Below, piece by piece: positions 30,370-40,993 of a DNA stretch of 64,000 nucleotides. How positions within the stretch are numbered: the stretch's first letter is position 1; each line of letters begins with the position of its first letter. The translations under genes were made by a program, and so were the position numbers. Where the stretch lies: the NCBI GenBank assembly GCA_001873215.1, contig MNYS01000002.1:92395-156394 (forward strand). Direction: 5' to 3'. This DNA is from Candidatus Levybacteria bacterium CG2_30_37_29. GTDB lineage: Bacteria; Patescibacteriota; Microgenomatia; Levybacterales; GWA1-39-11. The notes beneath the pieces were generated by a model. That model was not told the DNA's origin, searched no databases, and saw only the letters and a program-made list of their open reading frames with translations.

Positions 30370-31343
30370 AAAATTTTTGGAAAGATAAAAAAGTATTAAT
30401 TACTGGTGCATCCGGATTTATTGGTTCTCATACAATAGAGAGGCTTCTTGAAGAGGACGCAATAATAACTGCAGCAGTCTCTCCTGCGACTTCAATTAAA
30501 AAGACTAAACAAAGTTTACCGTATAAATCAAAAAAACTTACAATAAAAAAAGTCGATCTTCTCAGATTTGATCAATGTCTGTTAATTACGAAAGGACAGA
30601 ATATTGTTTTAAATTTTGCTGCATTGGATGGTGGAGCCTATTTTAAGATGCAATATCCGGCAAAAATATTCCATGCAAATTCACTGATTACTCTTAATAT
30701 GCTTGAAGCATCAAATCGAAATAATATTCAACGTTTTCTTTTAACGAGCTCTATTGAGGTATATCCTGGTAACTTACCGTCCCGCGTAACAGAAAAATAC
30801 GGTTTTAGAGAAAATCTTGATGAAAAAACTGAGGGTTATGCTTGGTCAAAAAGGCTTGCAGAAATAGCTGCAAAAATGTATTATAAAGAACATGGTCTGC
30901 AAACTGCAATTGCAAGATTAGGTAATGTATACGGCCCAAGAGATGTTGCTGGGATAGAAAAAAATAGAGTTATCCCAACGTTTATTAACAACTCTCTACA
31001 AGGGAAAGATATAATTATTACAGGTGGTGGATTGCAGGAGCGATCTTTTTTATATATTTCTGATTTGGTAGAAGGACTTTTAAGTTTGATTGAAAAATAT
31101 GCAGTCGCAGATCCTGTAAATATAGCGAGTCAAGAATATATTACAGTCAAACAGCTTGCTCAATTAGTTATTGCACTTACAAAGAAGAACAATAAAGTAA
31201 ATTTTGAAAAAGGAGATATTATCTTTTTTAGAAAACGGAGAATAAGTATTAATAAAGCTAGAAAAGTTATCGGGTTTAAAGAAAAATATTCATTGCAAGC
31301 AGGATTAGAAAAAACAATTGATTATTTTAAAGAAAATTTATGA
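30366..31343 (+). CDS. NAD-dependent epimerase/dehydratase (extended SDR; GDP-sugar epimerase/reductase-like)
   Basis: ITGASGFIG, YAWSK (YxxxK), RLGNVYGP, RSFLY..D. Confidence 0.85.
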   Translation: MKNFWKDKKVLITGASGFIGSHTIERLLEEDAIITAAVSPATSIKKTKQSLPYKSKKLTIKKVDLLRFDQCLLITKGQNIVLNFAALDGGAYFKMQYPAKIFHANSLITLNMLEASNRNNIQRFLLTSSIEVYPGNLPSRVTEKYGFRENLDEKTEGYAWSKRLAEIAAKMYYKEHGLQTAIARLGNVYGPRDVAGIEKNRVIPTFINNSLQGKDIIITGGGLQERSFLYISDLVEGLLSLIEKYAVADPVNIASQEYITVKQLAQLVIALTKKNNKVNFEKGDIIFFRKRRISINKARKVIGFKEKYSLQAGLEKTIDYFKENL

Positions 31344-32047
31344 AAAAATTAAAAAAAACGATACGAAAAAAACAAGACTATGATGAGGAATATTTTGCAG
31401 CCAGAGATCTCTTGGGAGACCATGTTGCCAATGTTATAGAGAATTTATTAAAAAAGAATAAGATCAAAACAGTATTAGATGTGGGCCCTGGTACAGGTAG
31501 ATTGATGAGATACTTAGAGAGTAAAGGATATAAAGTAAAAGGGTTAGACATTTCCCCAGTATCAGCAAAATATTCCGGTGCTATCGTTGGATCAGCAACA
31601 GATATGCCTTTTAAGAAAGAAAGTTTTGATTGTGTTGTAGGGCTGCATATTATTGAGCATTTGAGGGAAAAAGATGGAATTACATTTATTAATGAGGTTC
31701 ATCGTGTTTTAAAACCAAATGGTACTATTTTTCTTCTCACGCCAAATTATGCGTCTCCACTAAGATATATTAAAGGAAAAGATTGGTACGGTTATTCTGA
31801 TAAGACTCATGTTTGCTTCTATACCCCTAGTTCATTGAAAAAATTATTAGTGAGTCATGGATTTGGGAAAGTTATGCTTACTTTCAAGATAAATCTGACG
31901 ACGCTGGGATGGCCGCTGCCGGCATTTTTTGAAAAGTTTTCTCCGAAGATGAAGTATATGGTTAATTATCTTCTTGTTTCTACTTATTTAGGATTATTGC
32001 GGGATAGTTTATGGATTGGAGCAAAGAAAATAACACCACGCACATGA
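31340..32047 (+). CDS. Class I SAM-dependent methyltransferase
   Basis: VLDVGPGTG, GLDIS, MPF..ESFD, IIEHL, RVLKPNG, TPN. Confidence 0.9.
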   Translation: MKKLKKTIRKKQDYDEEYFAARDLLGDHVANVIENLLKKNKIKTVLDVGPGTGRLMRYLESKGYKVKGLDISPVSAKYSGAIVGSATDMPFKKESFDCVVGLHIIEHLREKDGITFINEVHRVLKPNGTIFLLTPNYASPLRYIKGKDWYGYSDKTHVCFYTPSSLKKLLVSHGFGKVMLTFKINLTTLGWPLPAFFEKFSPKMKYMVNYLLVSTYLGLLRDSLWIGAKKITPRT

Positions 32048-32065
32048 ATGCCCAAGCATTAATTT

Positions 32066-33274
32066 ATGACCTATTTACATCTTTTTAGCTGGAATCCCCT
32101 TGGCAATCCCGGAGGTATGGAAACAGTTATTAATATTACTGCAAAGGCGCAGGCAGAGCTGGGTCACATAGTTTTTGTGGTAGGAAGAAAACAAGGGCTC
32201 ACTACAAAAGTAATTGAAACCAAAATTAATAATGTAAATTATATTCAGGTTCAACATCGTTTTAAACGAAGACCAAGCACGCTTAAAATTAACCTTGCAG
32301 GATACGCATTATTATTTGGAGAAGTTTTTTTTACTCTCATTGTTTTAACACCAGTTATATTAAAGCTAGTTCGACAAAAAAAAGTTGATGCAGTTCTTTT
32401 CTATGGTATTCATCTTTTCGGAATCAGTCCTCTAATCCGATTGTTGGGCTCAAAAACAGTACTTCTTTTTGAAGCACTTCAAAGATCTCCATTTGTTTCT
32501 ATTTGGCATCCACTATATTGGTTTCGTCAGCTAAAATATGCAAGTTTCAATGTTATTTTTACTCCTGCTGATCAATATTATTACGCAGACGGAACTCACA
32601 TTGACAATTTTTCGCTCCTTAAGAAGTACGCCCGATTTACAAAAATATACTGTTTCCCATGGGGAATTGAAGTAGAAGAATTATTAAAAATTACTCAATC
32701 TGAAAAATTTAAAAAACTCAAGCGAGATAAAAAAGTAAAAATTATAATTTGTCCGAGGAGACTTGTTGAAGAAAAAGGTGTAACATTTCTCGTTGAAGCA
32801 ATTCCATCAATTTTAAAAAAGAATCCAAATTTGCTTTTTGTATTTACTTCCGATGGAGTTCTAAAACAAACTTTGAAAGAAAGAGTAAAAACACTAGGTA
32901 TCTCTAAAAATGTCATTTTTACAGGAAACCTGCCTTACAAACAAGTATTACAGATAATAAAATCATCTGATTTATTGGTAGCGCCATCTTCCGGAGAAGA
33001 GCTGTTTGGGATGGTTTTTCTAGAGGCTTATGTTTTAAAAACGCCAATTGTTACTACAAAATTTGGTGGTATACCAAATGTTGTGCACGATAAAAAAACA
33101 GGAATTCTGGTCCCTCCACGAAATTCTGACAAGCTTGCATCTGCAATTGAATTTATCCTTAGTCATAAGGAAATAGCAAGAGAAATGGTGGAAGCAGGAT
33201 ACAAACTTGTACATAAAGAATATACCTTACAACGGACAGTTGAGAATATAGATAAAGCTGTCGCGCAGTTATAA
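32066..33274 (+). CDS. GT4 glycosyltransferase
   Basis: PGGME, RRLVEEKG, PSSGEELFGMVFLEA, GGIP, TGILVPP. Confidence 0.88.
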   Translation: MTYLHLFSWNPLGNPGGMETVINITAKAQAELGHIVFVVGRKQGLTTKVIETKINNVNYIQVQHRFKRRPSTLKINLAGYALLFGEVFFTLIVLTPVILKLVRQKKVDAVLFYGIHLFGISPLIRLLGSKTVLLFEALQRSPFVSIWHPLYWFRQLKYASFNVIFTPADQYYYADGTHIDNFSLLKKYARFTKIYCFPWGIEVEELLKITQSEKFKKLKRDKKVKIIICPRRLVEEKGVTFLVEAIPSILKKNPNLLFVFTSDGVLKQTLKERVKTLGISKNVIFTGNLPYKQVLQIIKSSDLLVAPSSGEELFGMVFLEAYVLKTPIVTTKFGGIPNVVHDKKTGILVPPRNSDKLASAIEFILSHKEIAREMVEAGYKLVHKEYTLQRTVENIDKAVAQL

Positions 33275-33279
33275 TAGAT

Positions 33280-34179
33280 ATGAAAATAGTATTATTTACC
33301 GGAGGTACAGGTCTACTTGGAAGATATTTTCTTGCGAATATTCCTCGTGATTTTTTTGTTTATGCAACATATTCTAAAAATAAACCTGATATCGTAGACG
33401 GATGTAATCATAAATTTGTCAAACTAGATGTTGCTAATAAAAAAAATATTAAAAATATTTATGAAGCAATAAGGCCGGATATAGTTGTGCATGCAGCATC
33501 TATAGGAAATGTTGACTATTGTGAAAAGAATAAGTCAGAAGCTAAAAAAATAAATATTACGGGTACCAAGTATATGCTGCAGTATGCGCAAGAACATAAT
33601 ATCAAATTTATATTTACTTCTTCAAATGCTGTGTATGATGGAGTCCATCCACTCTTTTCTGAAAAAAGTCCTAAACATCCTATTGATTATTATGGTTTTA
33701 CCAAAGTTCAATCAGAAAAAGAAATTATAAAGAGAAGTAAAAACTTTGTTATTGTTAGATTGATGACAATGTATGGATGGAATAACTCAAATGAAAGAAT
33801 GAATCCAGTAACGTGGTTATTAGAAAGATTATCCGCAAAACATACAACGCAGGTTGTTGACGATATTTATAATAATTATCTCTATGCAGGGGATGCTGTT
33901 AAAGCAATTTGGAAAATAATTAGAGAAAATAAGAGACAGGAAATATATAATATTGCAAGCAGTGAATGTATCAGTAGATATAAGCTTGCAGTGCAGGCAG
34001 CAAAAGTATTTAATTTGGATACTTCGTTATTGCAGCCAGTTTCAAGCGACTATTTTAAGAGCTTAGCGCCCAGACCTAAAAATACCTGTTTTGATATAAA
34101 TAAAATGAAGAAAGATTTACAGATTAGACCGGTTACGGTATTGAAGGGTCTCAGACAAATGAAAAATGAAAAAAGATAA
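33280..34179 (+). CDS. RmlD-like NDP-4-keto-6-deoxysugar reductase (SDR)
   Basis: TGGTGLLG, HAAS...VDYCE, SSNAVYDG, YGFTK, APRPKN. Confidence 0.82.
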   Translation: MKIVLFTGGTGLLGRYFLANIPRDFFVYATYSKNKPDIVDGCNHKFVKLDVANKKNIKNIYEAIRPDIVVHAASIGNVDYCEKNKSEAKKINITGTKYMLQYAQEHNIKFIFTSSNAVYDGVHPLFSEKSPKHPIDYYGFTKVQSEKEIIKRSKNFVIVRLMTMYGWNNSNERMNPVTWLLERLSAKHTTQVVDDIYNNYLYAGDAVKAIWKIIRENKRQEIYNIASSECISRYKLAVQAAKVFNLDTSLLQPVSSDYFKSLAPRPKNTCFDINKMKKDLQIRPVTVLKGLRQMKNEKR

Positions 34180-35317
34180 AATAATTATTGTTACCCACAC
34201 TGCAATTAGTAAAGATATGGAAATATCTGGACCAGCACACACAATATTTACTTATCTAAAACAAAAGAAATCCGATGTGCTATTTATTCGTCATTCGATA
34301 TATAGTGATGGGAAAACTTATATAACTTTAATTAATGATAATAATGAAGAGAATAAACAAGTTAATAAAAATAGATGGTTTGGTGAATTGTCAGATCGTC
34401 TGAGTGAAGGAATAATCACTATTGCATCTTGTATGAAATCAAACTCATCTGATAATAGAATTATTTATTTTGGTGTAGATCCATTAAATACATTTTGGGG
34501 GATATTATTAAAAAAAATCGGAAAAGTAGATATACTTATTACGTTCAATACAGATTTTGCACCGCGAAAATATACTAATAGTTTATATAATTCGCTTTAT
34601 TTTTTTCTAGATAATTTGTCTATTCGTAAGGCTGATTATATCATTGCTGTTTCACATAGAATTATTGCTGTAAGAAAAAAGCAAGGAATTTCTGAGAAAA
34701 AATTAATATGGTTACCAAACTCACCTGCTGTTTCTCATGTAAAGAAATTCGTTTTAACACATAAAGATTTATATAAATTAATAATGGTTTCCACAGCACC
34801 ATTTATCGATGAGTTTATGATTCTTATTAATGCAGTCGATGCGCTACATAAAGAATTTCCTTCATTACAATTAACTATCATTGGATCAAGTAAAATAGAG
34901 AAGCAGTTAAATAAGGAAATAGAGAACAAGAAATTGAAAAAACATATTACCTTTCTTTGTGCGATGTCGCACGATGATGTATTTAAACAAATAGCAAAAC
35001 ACGGAATTGGTATTGCTTTTTATACAAATGAAATTCTGGATAAATATTATCTTGACTCTATGAAAGCAAGAGATTATTTAGCTCTGGGAACACCTGTAAT
35101 TATTTCAGGTGATAATGGTACCGTAGAAGACATTATAAAATCAAACGCTGGTGTCCATATTGAGGCTACAGAAAAAGCATTAATAAGTGCATTAAAAATG
35201 TTCTTTAAACATAAAGATAAATACCAGCAATTTAGTAAAAATGCTTTTAAGTTAGCAGATTTAAGAGATAGTGAAAAAGTGCTTAATATGATATTTAAAA
35301 TGATAAAAGTGATATGA
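34166..35317 (+). CDS. GT4 glycosyltransferase (divergent)
   Basis: GT-B pattern [27 protein letters not shown] (K..E/DYxAxGxPV type). Confidence 0.75.
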   Translation: MKKDKIIIVTHTAISKDMEISGPAHTIFTYLKQKKSDVLFIRHSIYSDGKTYITLINDNNEENKQVNKNRWFGELSDRLSEGIITIASCMKSNSSDNRIIYFGVDPLNTFWGILLKKIGKVDILITFNTDFAPRKYTNSLYNSLYFFLDNLSIRKADYIIAVSHRIIAVRKKQGISEKKLIWLPNSPAVSHVKKFVLTHKDLYKLIMVSTAPFIDEFMILINAVDALHKEFPSLQLTIIGSSKIEKQLNKEIENKKLKKHITFLCAMSHDDVFKQIAKHGIGIAFYTNEILDKYYLDSMKARDYLALGTPVIISGDNGTVEDIIKSNAGVHIEATEKALISALKMFFKHKDKYQQFSKNAFKLADLRDSEKVLNMIFKMIKVI

Positions 35318-35946
35318 CGATTTATACTTTAATAGGAAATTTAGAGAGACTTAAAAGGATTGGATTTGGAATAATTCAAAAAATATTATTTAGTAATGTT
35401 GTTTTTGGTAAAAATGTAAACATCTATCCTTCATGTACAGTTGCGGGAAAATGTGAAATAGGAGATTATTCAACTATTAATAGAAAAGTTTGGATTAGAA
35501 ATACAAAAATTGGTAAATTTGTATCTATTGGTCCTGAATGTGTTATGAACCCTGAAAATCATAATACATCACAGTCTATATCCACATATGGGCTGATTTA
35601 TCATTTTTTAGGTGTCAATGCTACTCGAAAATATCGATTAGAAAATAAAAAAGATAAAGAAGTTGTTATTGGGAATGATGTGTGGATTGGGATGCGTTCT
35701 ATTATCATGTCGGGAGTGACAATAGGAGACGGAGTTGTTATTGGGGCAAATGCAGTCGTTACTAAAGACGTTGAGCCATTTACGATCGTTGGTGGTGTAC
35801 CTGCGAAATTCATCAGAAAAAGATTTGATGATCAAATAATAAAAAAATTAGTAAAGATAAAATGGTGGGACTGGAAAACAGAGGAAATAAAGAAAAACAT
35901 TTTTCTTTTTTATGATATTCCTAAATTTATTAAAAAATTTGGGTAA
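35314..35946 (+). CDS. Hexapeptide-repeat O-acetyltransferase (CatB/XAT-like)
   Basis: [43 protein letters not shown]. Confidence 0.88.
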   Translation: MTIYTLIGNLERLKRIGFGIIQKILFSNVVFGKNVNIYPSCTVAGKCEIGDYSTINRKVWIRNTKIGKFVSIGPECVMNPENHNTSQSISTYGLIYHFLGVNATRKYRLENKKDKEVVIGNDVWIGMRSIIMSGVTIGDGVVIGANAVVTKDVEPFTIVGGVPAKFIRKRFDDQIIKKLVKIKWWDWKTEEIKKNIFLFYDIPKFIKKFG

Positions 35947-35950
35947 ATAT

Positions 35951-36979
35951 ATGCAAAACAAATTTTTGATTATTGCAGTATTTGTGCTTCTCTTGGCAAG
36001 CGGATTTTTTCTGGTAAAGTATCAAAATACTTTAAGTATTAAAAATTATGTAAAAGATACTAATATAATTTGGAGCGATGAGTGGGAAAGTGCAACTATT
36101 AATGATGAACCAACTATGTTATCAATTTTTCCGGGGAGTGAATTTTCCTTTACTTTCACTGACGCTAAAAGCATAGGTTTTAGAGTGAATACAGATGATA
36201 TCGAAAACTCAACCATCTTATTTATAACAATTGACGGGAAAACATATGCGTTAAGCAATCCTAATATAAATGATAAAAGACTTTCCATTGTCATTCCGGA
36301 AAGTAAAAGAAAATTCAAACATGAGGTAAATGCCAAAATGTATTGTATTGTGGGGGTGTCAACATGTAAAGTTAATATATCAGAAATCTTTTTAGAAGAG
36401 GGTAGTATAATTACTTCTGAAAAAAAAAGTGAAAAAAAAACAATTGGGATTTTAGGTGACAGCTTAAGTTTGATAGAACTGCAAAATAATTATTCAGCGA
36501 GTTTAGCAGATAGTTTTGGATATCATTTGCATAATGCATCTTATTGGGGTGGAACCATTGGGACAGATAAAGGGAAATTTGCGGCAGTCAGTAGATATAA
36601 AAAAGATCTTGTTAAATATAAACCCGATATTGTTATTATCTTTTTGGGAATTAATGATGTTCATTATTCCTCGTCGCCGGAATTATTTAGAAGGGATTAT
36701 AATCAAATTGTCAAAGGTATAAAAAAAGATTTACCGAAGACAAGGATACTTGCGGTAAGTATTCTGCCTGGGAAAGATTTGGATGTAAATAATGATGAGA
36801 TTGTAGCGTTCAACTCTATAATTAAGGAAATTGCTCAAGAGCAAAAAATAAATTATGTTGATGCAACTAATTGGTTAAATCCTGATGACTATGCTGATCA
36901 GTTGCATCCTAATTATAAAGGAGAAGGTTCATTGGCAGTAAAGCTCCGAACATATTTAATAGATCATAACATAAAATGA
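35951..36979 (+). CDS. Membrane-anchored SGNH/GDSL hydrolase
   Basis: N-terminal TM; GDSLS (block I), GIND (block III), DQLHPN (block V). Confidence 0.85.
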   Translation: MQNKFLIIAVFVLLLASGFFLVKYQNTLSIKNYVKDTNIIWSDEWESATINDEPTMLSIFPGSEFSFTFTDAKSIGFRVNTDDIENSTILFITIDGKTYALSNPNINDKRLSIVIPESKRKFKHEVNAKMYCIVGVSTCKVNISEIFLEEGSIITSEKKSEKKTIGILGDSLSLIELQNNYSASLADSFGYHLHNASYWGGTIGTDKGKFAAVSRYKKDLVKYKPDIVIIFLGINDVHYSSSPELFRRDYNQIVKGIKKDLPKTRILAVSILPGKDLDVNNDEIVAFNSIIKEIAQEQKINYVDATNWLNPDDYADQLHPNYKGEGSLAVKLRTYLIDHNIK

Positions 36980-37488
36980 AAATAAATATAAAAATAAAAA
37001 AACTACCTAAATTGAGAGTAGGAAATAAAATAAAGCTTAAATTGTTACTGCCATATCTAAAAAAAACAGATAAGATAATAGATTTAGGTTGCGGAAATAT
37101 GTGGTTAACTAATTACCTACGCAGTAAAGGTTATAGCTGTGTAGGATTTGATATTGATAAACCTGCCGATATTGTTGGAGACATTAAAAACTATAAGTTT
37201 AAAAAAAAATCATATGACGTAGTTATTGCGCTTGAAATGATTGAACATGTTGATTGCTTTAACGAAATTTCATATTTATTGAAACCGAAAGGTATACTTA
37301 TTCTTTCAACTCCAACGCCGCATCTTGATTGGTTTTGTTACATAAATGAACGATTGGAAATATTTCAAAAACGTACATCTCCACATTCTAACCTATTCTA
37401 TTTGAAGGAAGTCCCATTCATGCCTATACATACCAAGACTTTATATTCTCTTGTTCAATTTGGAGTTTTTAAAAATCAGACTAAATGA
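36976..37488 (+). CDS. Class I SAM-dependent methyltransferase (short)
   Basis: IIDLGCG, GFDI, YDVVIALEMIEHV, LLKPKG, STP. Confidence 0.85.
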   Translation: MKINIKIKKLPKLRVGNKIKLKLLLPYLKKTDKIIDLGCGNMWLTNYLRSKGYSCVGFDIDKPADIVGDIKNYKFKKKSYDVVIALEMIEHVDCFNEISYLLKPKGILILSTPTPHLDWFCYINERLEIFQKRTSPHSNLFYLKEVPFMPIHTKTLYSLVQFGVFKNQTK

Positions 37489-38618
37489 ATAAAAACAATA
37501 TAATACTTTTTTTAATTGTCATTGTCGGATTGGGCCTCAGATTGTATTTGGCTACAGGGAGTTACAACAATGATATTATTGTAACTCAGCAGGATATTCA
37601 GATTGTTAAAGAAGGAAAAAATATTTATCTTCATCAAACTGCATATAATTACAGTTCATTCTTTTACTATCTCTCTGGATTTTATGGTTGGGTACAACAG
37701 ATATTTCCCATGTTGGAAATTAAATTCATTGTCAGAGCGTTTTATAGTTTTATTGATCTTTTGACGCTTTTGGTTCTCGTTAAAATTGCCAGAAAAAAGA
37801 GTATTTCTCCCAATAAGACTGCAGCTCTTTTCTTCCTAAATCCGATTTCAATAACTATTAGTGGACATCATGGACAATTTGATAATATTGCAATTTTATT
37901 TTTACTACTCGCATTATGGATCCATATACAAGAAAAAGTGACGAAAAAAATGAAAATTTTTAAAATTTGGCTACTTCTTACTGCTGGAATGTACGTCAAG
38001 CATATTATCCTAAACCAAGTACTATTAGTCTATTCATATATTTCCAAAAAACCTTGGTACGCGATTTTATTATTTGGCGCAAGCTTAGCGGTATTTTTTA
38101 TCAGTTTTCTCCCTTTTATTGAAGCAGGAAGTAGAATATTTTCGCAGGTTTTTAAATATGGAGGCTTACAAACCTTTTACGGTATTACCTACATAATTAA
38201 CAATATTTGTACTGAGTGCATAAATTTTGGTATTAAGTGGATAGATATTTATAAATATATATTTATAGTAATTTACTCACTATTTTCATTTTATATAGGT
38301 TTTAAACTTAAAAAATATGATATCTTTCGTTTAGTGTTACTTTCGATGCTTTTCTTTTTGACATTTACTTCAGGAATAGGCGCGCAATATTTTGTTATAC
38401 CAATTGCAATTGGAGCATTGTTCCCAACTAAATGGTTTTATCTCTACACAGGAATCGTAACACTATACTATTTGGGAGTGAGCGATGAATTTGGAATAAT
38501 ACCATTTCAAATAATATCATGGAATATTGTTTGGATATTTGCCACTTTCTGGTTCCTCTCAGAACTCATGATAGCAATGCCGCGTTTAAGAAAACTTTAT
38601 GATCGGTTGCTTAGGTAG
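37485..38618 (+). CDS. GT-C membrane glycosyltransferase (GT87/PIG-M-like)
   Basis: LRL..NNDI, YNY, FLNP..I.ISG.HGQFD, VKH, GAQY. Confidence 0.75.
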   Translation: MNKNNIILFLIVIVGLGLRLYLATGSYNNDIIVTQQDIQIVKEGKNIYLHQTAYNYSSFFYYLSGFYGWVQQIFPMLEIKFIVRAFYSFIDLLTLLVLVKIARKKSISPNKTAALFFLNPISITISGHHGQFDNIAILFLLLALWIHIQEKVTKKMKIFKIWLLLTAGMYVKHIILNQVLLVYSYISKKPWYAILLFGASLAVFFISFLPFIEAGSRIFSQVFKYGGLQTFYGITYIINNICTECINFGIKWIDIYKYIFIVIYSLFSFYIGFKLKKYDIFRLVLLSMLFFLTFTSGIGAQYFVIPIAIGALFPTKWFYLYTGIVTLYYLGVSDEFGIIPFQIISWNIVWIFATFWFLSELMIAMPRLRKLYDRLLR

Positions 38619-38649
38619 TTTTATTGTTGAATAAGTCGTTCCCTTATAG

Positions 38650-38655
38650 TATAGT
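38650..38655 (+). promoter_or_regulatory. Putative -10 box (TATAGT), leaderless geometry
   Basis: 6 nt before ATG 38662, in a 43-nt gap. Confidence 0.35.
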
Positions 38656-38661
38656 TACGCT

Positions 38662-39438
38662 ATGAAAATGCCAGTTGTTATTTTTTGCGGTGGTAAAGGA
38701 TCCCGGATGAAAGAAGAAACAGAATTTCGTCCAAAACCAATGGTGCTTCTTGGCGGAAAACCAATACTTTGGCATATCATGAAAATATATAGTCATTATG
38801 GTTTTAATGATTTTATTATTGCATTAGGATACAAAGGTGATTACATAAAGGATTACTTTCTTAATCAAGAATATTTGATGCACGATTTTACGATTAATAC
38901 AAGTTCCGGCAAAAAAAGTCTTCATAAAAATAATAAAAAAAGACATGACGATTTCAATATCACCTTTGTGGACACGGGACTGGAAACGCTTACAGGAGAA
39001 AGACTTTTAAAAGTTAAAAAATATATTAATTCAGATACTTTTATGGTTACTTATGGAGATGGTGTTTCCGATATTAACATTTTAAATTTACTCAACTTCT
39101 TCAATTCCAAAAAAGTTACAGGTGTAATAATCGGTGTCCATCCAAAATCGAAATGGGGCCTCGTAATATCGGATAAGGAGAATATTATTAAAAAATTTCA
39201 ACAAAAACCAAAACTTAATCAATATGTAAATGGAGGTTTTATGGTATTTAAAACTGATGTTTTTAAATACATAAAACCACGTGAGATGATTGAGGTTGCT
39301 CTTGACAGGCTTGTGAAGGAGAAGCAGCTTGCTGTGTACAACCATGAAGGGTTTTGGTCAGCAATGGATACGTATCAGGATGTTGAGGAGATGAATAAGC
39401 TTTGGAAAAAAGATCCGAAGTGGAAAGTTTGGGGATGA
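38662..39438 (+). CDS. rfbF: Glucose-1-phosphate cytidylyltransferase
   Basis: CGGKGSRMKEETEFRPKPMV, PILWHIMKIYSHYG, VDTG..T.TG.RL, TYGDGVSD, NGGF, HEGFW.AMDT. Confidence 0.92.
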   Translation: MKMPVVIFCGGKGSRMKEETEFRPKPMVLLGGKPILWHIMKIYSHYGFNDFIIALGYKGDYIKDYFLNQEYLMHDFTINTSSGKKSLHKNNKKRHDDFNITFVDTGLETLTGERLLKVKKYINSDTFMVTYGDGVSDINILNLLNFFNSKKVTGVIIGVHPKSKWGLVISDKENIIKKFQQKPKLNQYVNGGFMVFKTDVFKYIKPREMIEVALDRLVKEKQLAVYNHEGFWSAMDTYQDVEEMNKLWKKDPKWKVWG

Positions 39439-39439
39439 T

Positions 39440-40471
39440 ATGAAAAAGGTTTTAGTTACCGGAGACAGGGGATACATAGGATCTACGCTGGTTCCTGCTT
39501 TACTAAAAAAAGATATAAGTGTAATAGGATTGGATACAAATTTTTTCACAAAGGTTTTAGGAAATCCACAAACTGTAAAATATAAAAAAATAACAAAAGA
39601 CATTAGAAAAATTGAAGAAAAAGACTTATATGGAATTGATGCAATCATCCATCTTTCTGCTTTGTCAAATGATCCAATGGGAGATATTAATCCAAAACTT
39701 ACCGAAGATATAAATTATAAAGGATCAATAAGGCTAGCTCGTCTTGCCAAAAAAGCAGGGGTTAAACGGTTTCTTTTTTCTTCCTCCTGCAGTATTTACG
39801 GGATAGGCAAACAAAAGATAGTAGATGAGAAATCTCCGGTTAACCCGTTGACGGCTTACGCGAAGTCAAAGATAAAAACAGAAAACACGTTGTTCACGCT
39901 CGCGGATTCTGATTTCTGCGTAGGCTTACTGAGAAACTCAACGGTTTACGGGTATTCGCCAAAATTTAGAGATGATTTGGTGGTAAATAATTTTGCGGTA
40001 CATGCTGTGGCTGAAAAAAATATAAAAGTTTTAAGTGACGGTACACCATGGAGACCGCTAATTGATGTCAGGGATTTATCTGATATCTTTGAAAAGTTTC
40101 TAAGGATTGAAAAAAATAAAATAAACGGAAAAGTAATCAACATCGGTTTTAATGACAATAATTTACAGGTTAAAGATGTTCTAGAAGTAGTTCAAAAAAC
40201 TATTAGGGGATGCATCGTAGAATATACCGGAGAACACGGAATAGATACAAGAAGCTATAAGGTCTCGTTTGCCCTATTTGAAAAATTATTTCCTGAAATA
40301 AAGCAAAAATGGCCGCTTGAAAAATCTGTGAAAGATTTGATAAGGCATTTAGGAGAAGCAAAATTTTCGAAGATTGACCTTGAAAATAAAAAATATACGC
40401 GTCTTGCAGTATTGCAAAAATTGATGGATAAGCACAAATTAGATAAGAATTTATATTGGAAAAAATTATGA
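39440..40471 (+). CDS. NAD-dependent epimerase/dehydratase (extended SDR)
   Basis: VTGDRGYIGS, LSALSNDP, SSSCSIYG, YAKSK, DGTPWRP. Confidence 0.88.
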   Translation: MKKVLVTGDRGYIGSTLVPALLKKDISVIGLDTNFFTKVLGNPQTVKYKKITKDIRKIEEKDLYGIDAIIHLSALSNDPMGDINPKLTEDINYKGSIRLARLAKKAGVKRFLFSSSCSIYGIGKQKIVDEKSPVNPLTAYAKSKIKTENTLFTLADSDFCVGLLRNSTVYGYSPKFRDDLVVNNFAVHAVAEKNIKVLSDGTPWRPLIDVRDLSDIFEKFLRIEKNKINGKVINIGFNDNNLQVKDVLEVVQKTIRGCIVEYTGEHGIDTRSYKVSFALFEKLFPEIKQKWPLEKSVKDLIRHLGEAKFSKIDLENKKYTRLAVLQKLMDKHKLDKNLYWKKL

Positions 40472-40992
40472 TATTTACAAAAACTAAAATTGAGGGCGTA
40501 TATATAATAGATTTGGAGCCTAGACTTGACGAGCGTGGATACTTTGCCAAAGTGTTTGCTCAGGAAGAACTCAAAAAGCAAGGCATTTCTTACAAGATAG
40601 TTAATGTAAATAGGTCCCTAACAGAAAAAAGGGGGACCATAAGAGGACTTCATTTTCAGAAAGCGCCATATCAGGAAGATAAAATTGTTCAATGCTTACA
40701 GGGTTCTATTTTTGATGTAGCTCTCGATTTAAGAAAATCTTCAAAAACATATGGACAATGGTTTGGTGAAATATTATCAGAAGAAAATAAAAAAATGCTT
40801 TTAATTCCAAAAGGGTGTGCGCATGCATTTCAAACACTTGAGAAAAATACGGTCGTGGAATATTTTGTATCGCAGTACTATTCCCCACAGTATGAGTCTG
40901 GAATACGATGGAACGATCCACGTTTTAATATACAATGGCCAATTTCAAGAGTTAAAACATCGGAAAAGGATGCCTCATGGGAGCTTTATTAA
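40468..40992 (+). CDS. rfbC: dTDP-4-dehydrorhamnose 3,5-epimerase family protein
   Basis: DERGYF, GTIRGLHFQ, K.V.C..G.IFDVALDLR, PKGCAHAFQTL, GIRWNDP. ATG 40468 overlaps the upstream TGA. Confidence 0.9.
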   Translation: MIFTKTKIEGVYIIDLEPRLDERGYFAKVFAQEELKKQGISYKIVNVNRSLTEKRGTIRGLHFQKAPYQEDKIVQCLQGSIFDVALDLRKSSKTYGQWFGEILSEENKKMLLIPKGCAHAFQTLEKNTVVEYFVSQYYSPQYESGIRWNDPRFNIQWPISRVKTSEKDASWELY

Positions 40993-40993
40993 C

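Noticed and set aside
35314-35946. Antibiotic-resistance acetyltransferase (catB/vat)
   Set aside because: The fold is shared, but the gene is coupled into a glycan operon with no mobile context. Sugar O-acetylation is the simpler explanation.
40817-40993. Long N-terminal extensions from the ORF track (e.g. 40817, 41812, 51287, 54498, 55087)
   Set aside because: They overlap upstream genes. Downstream ATGs match the family N-termini and the operon's coupling pattern.
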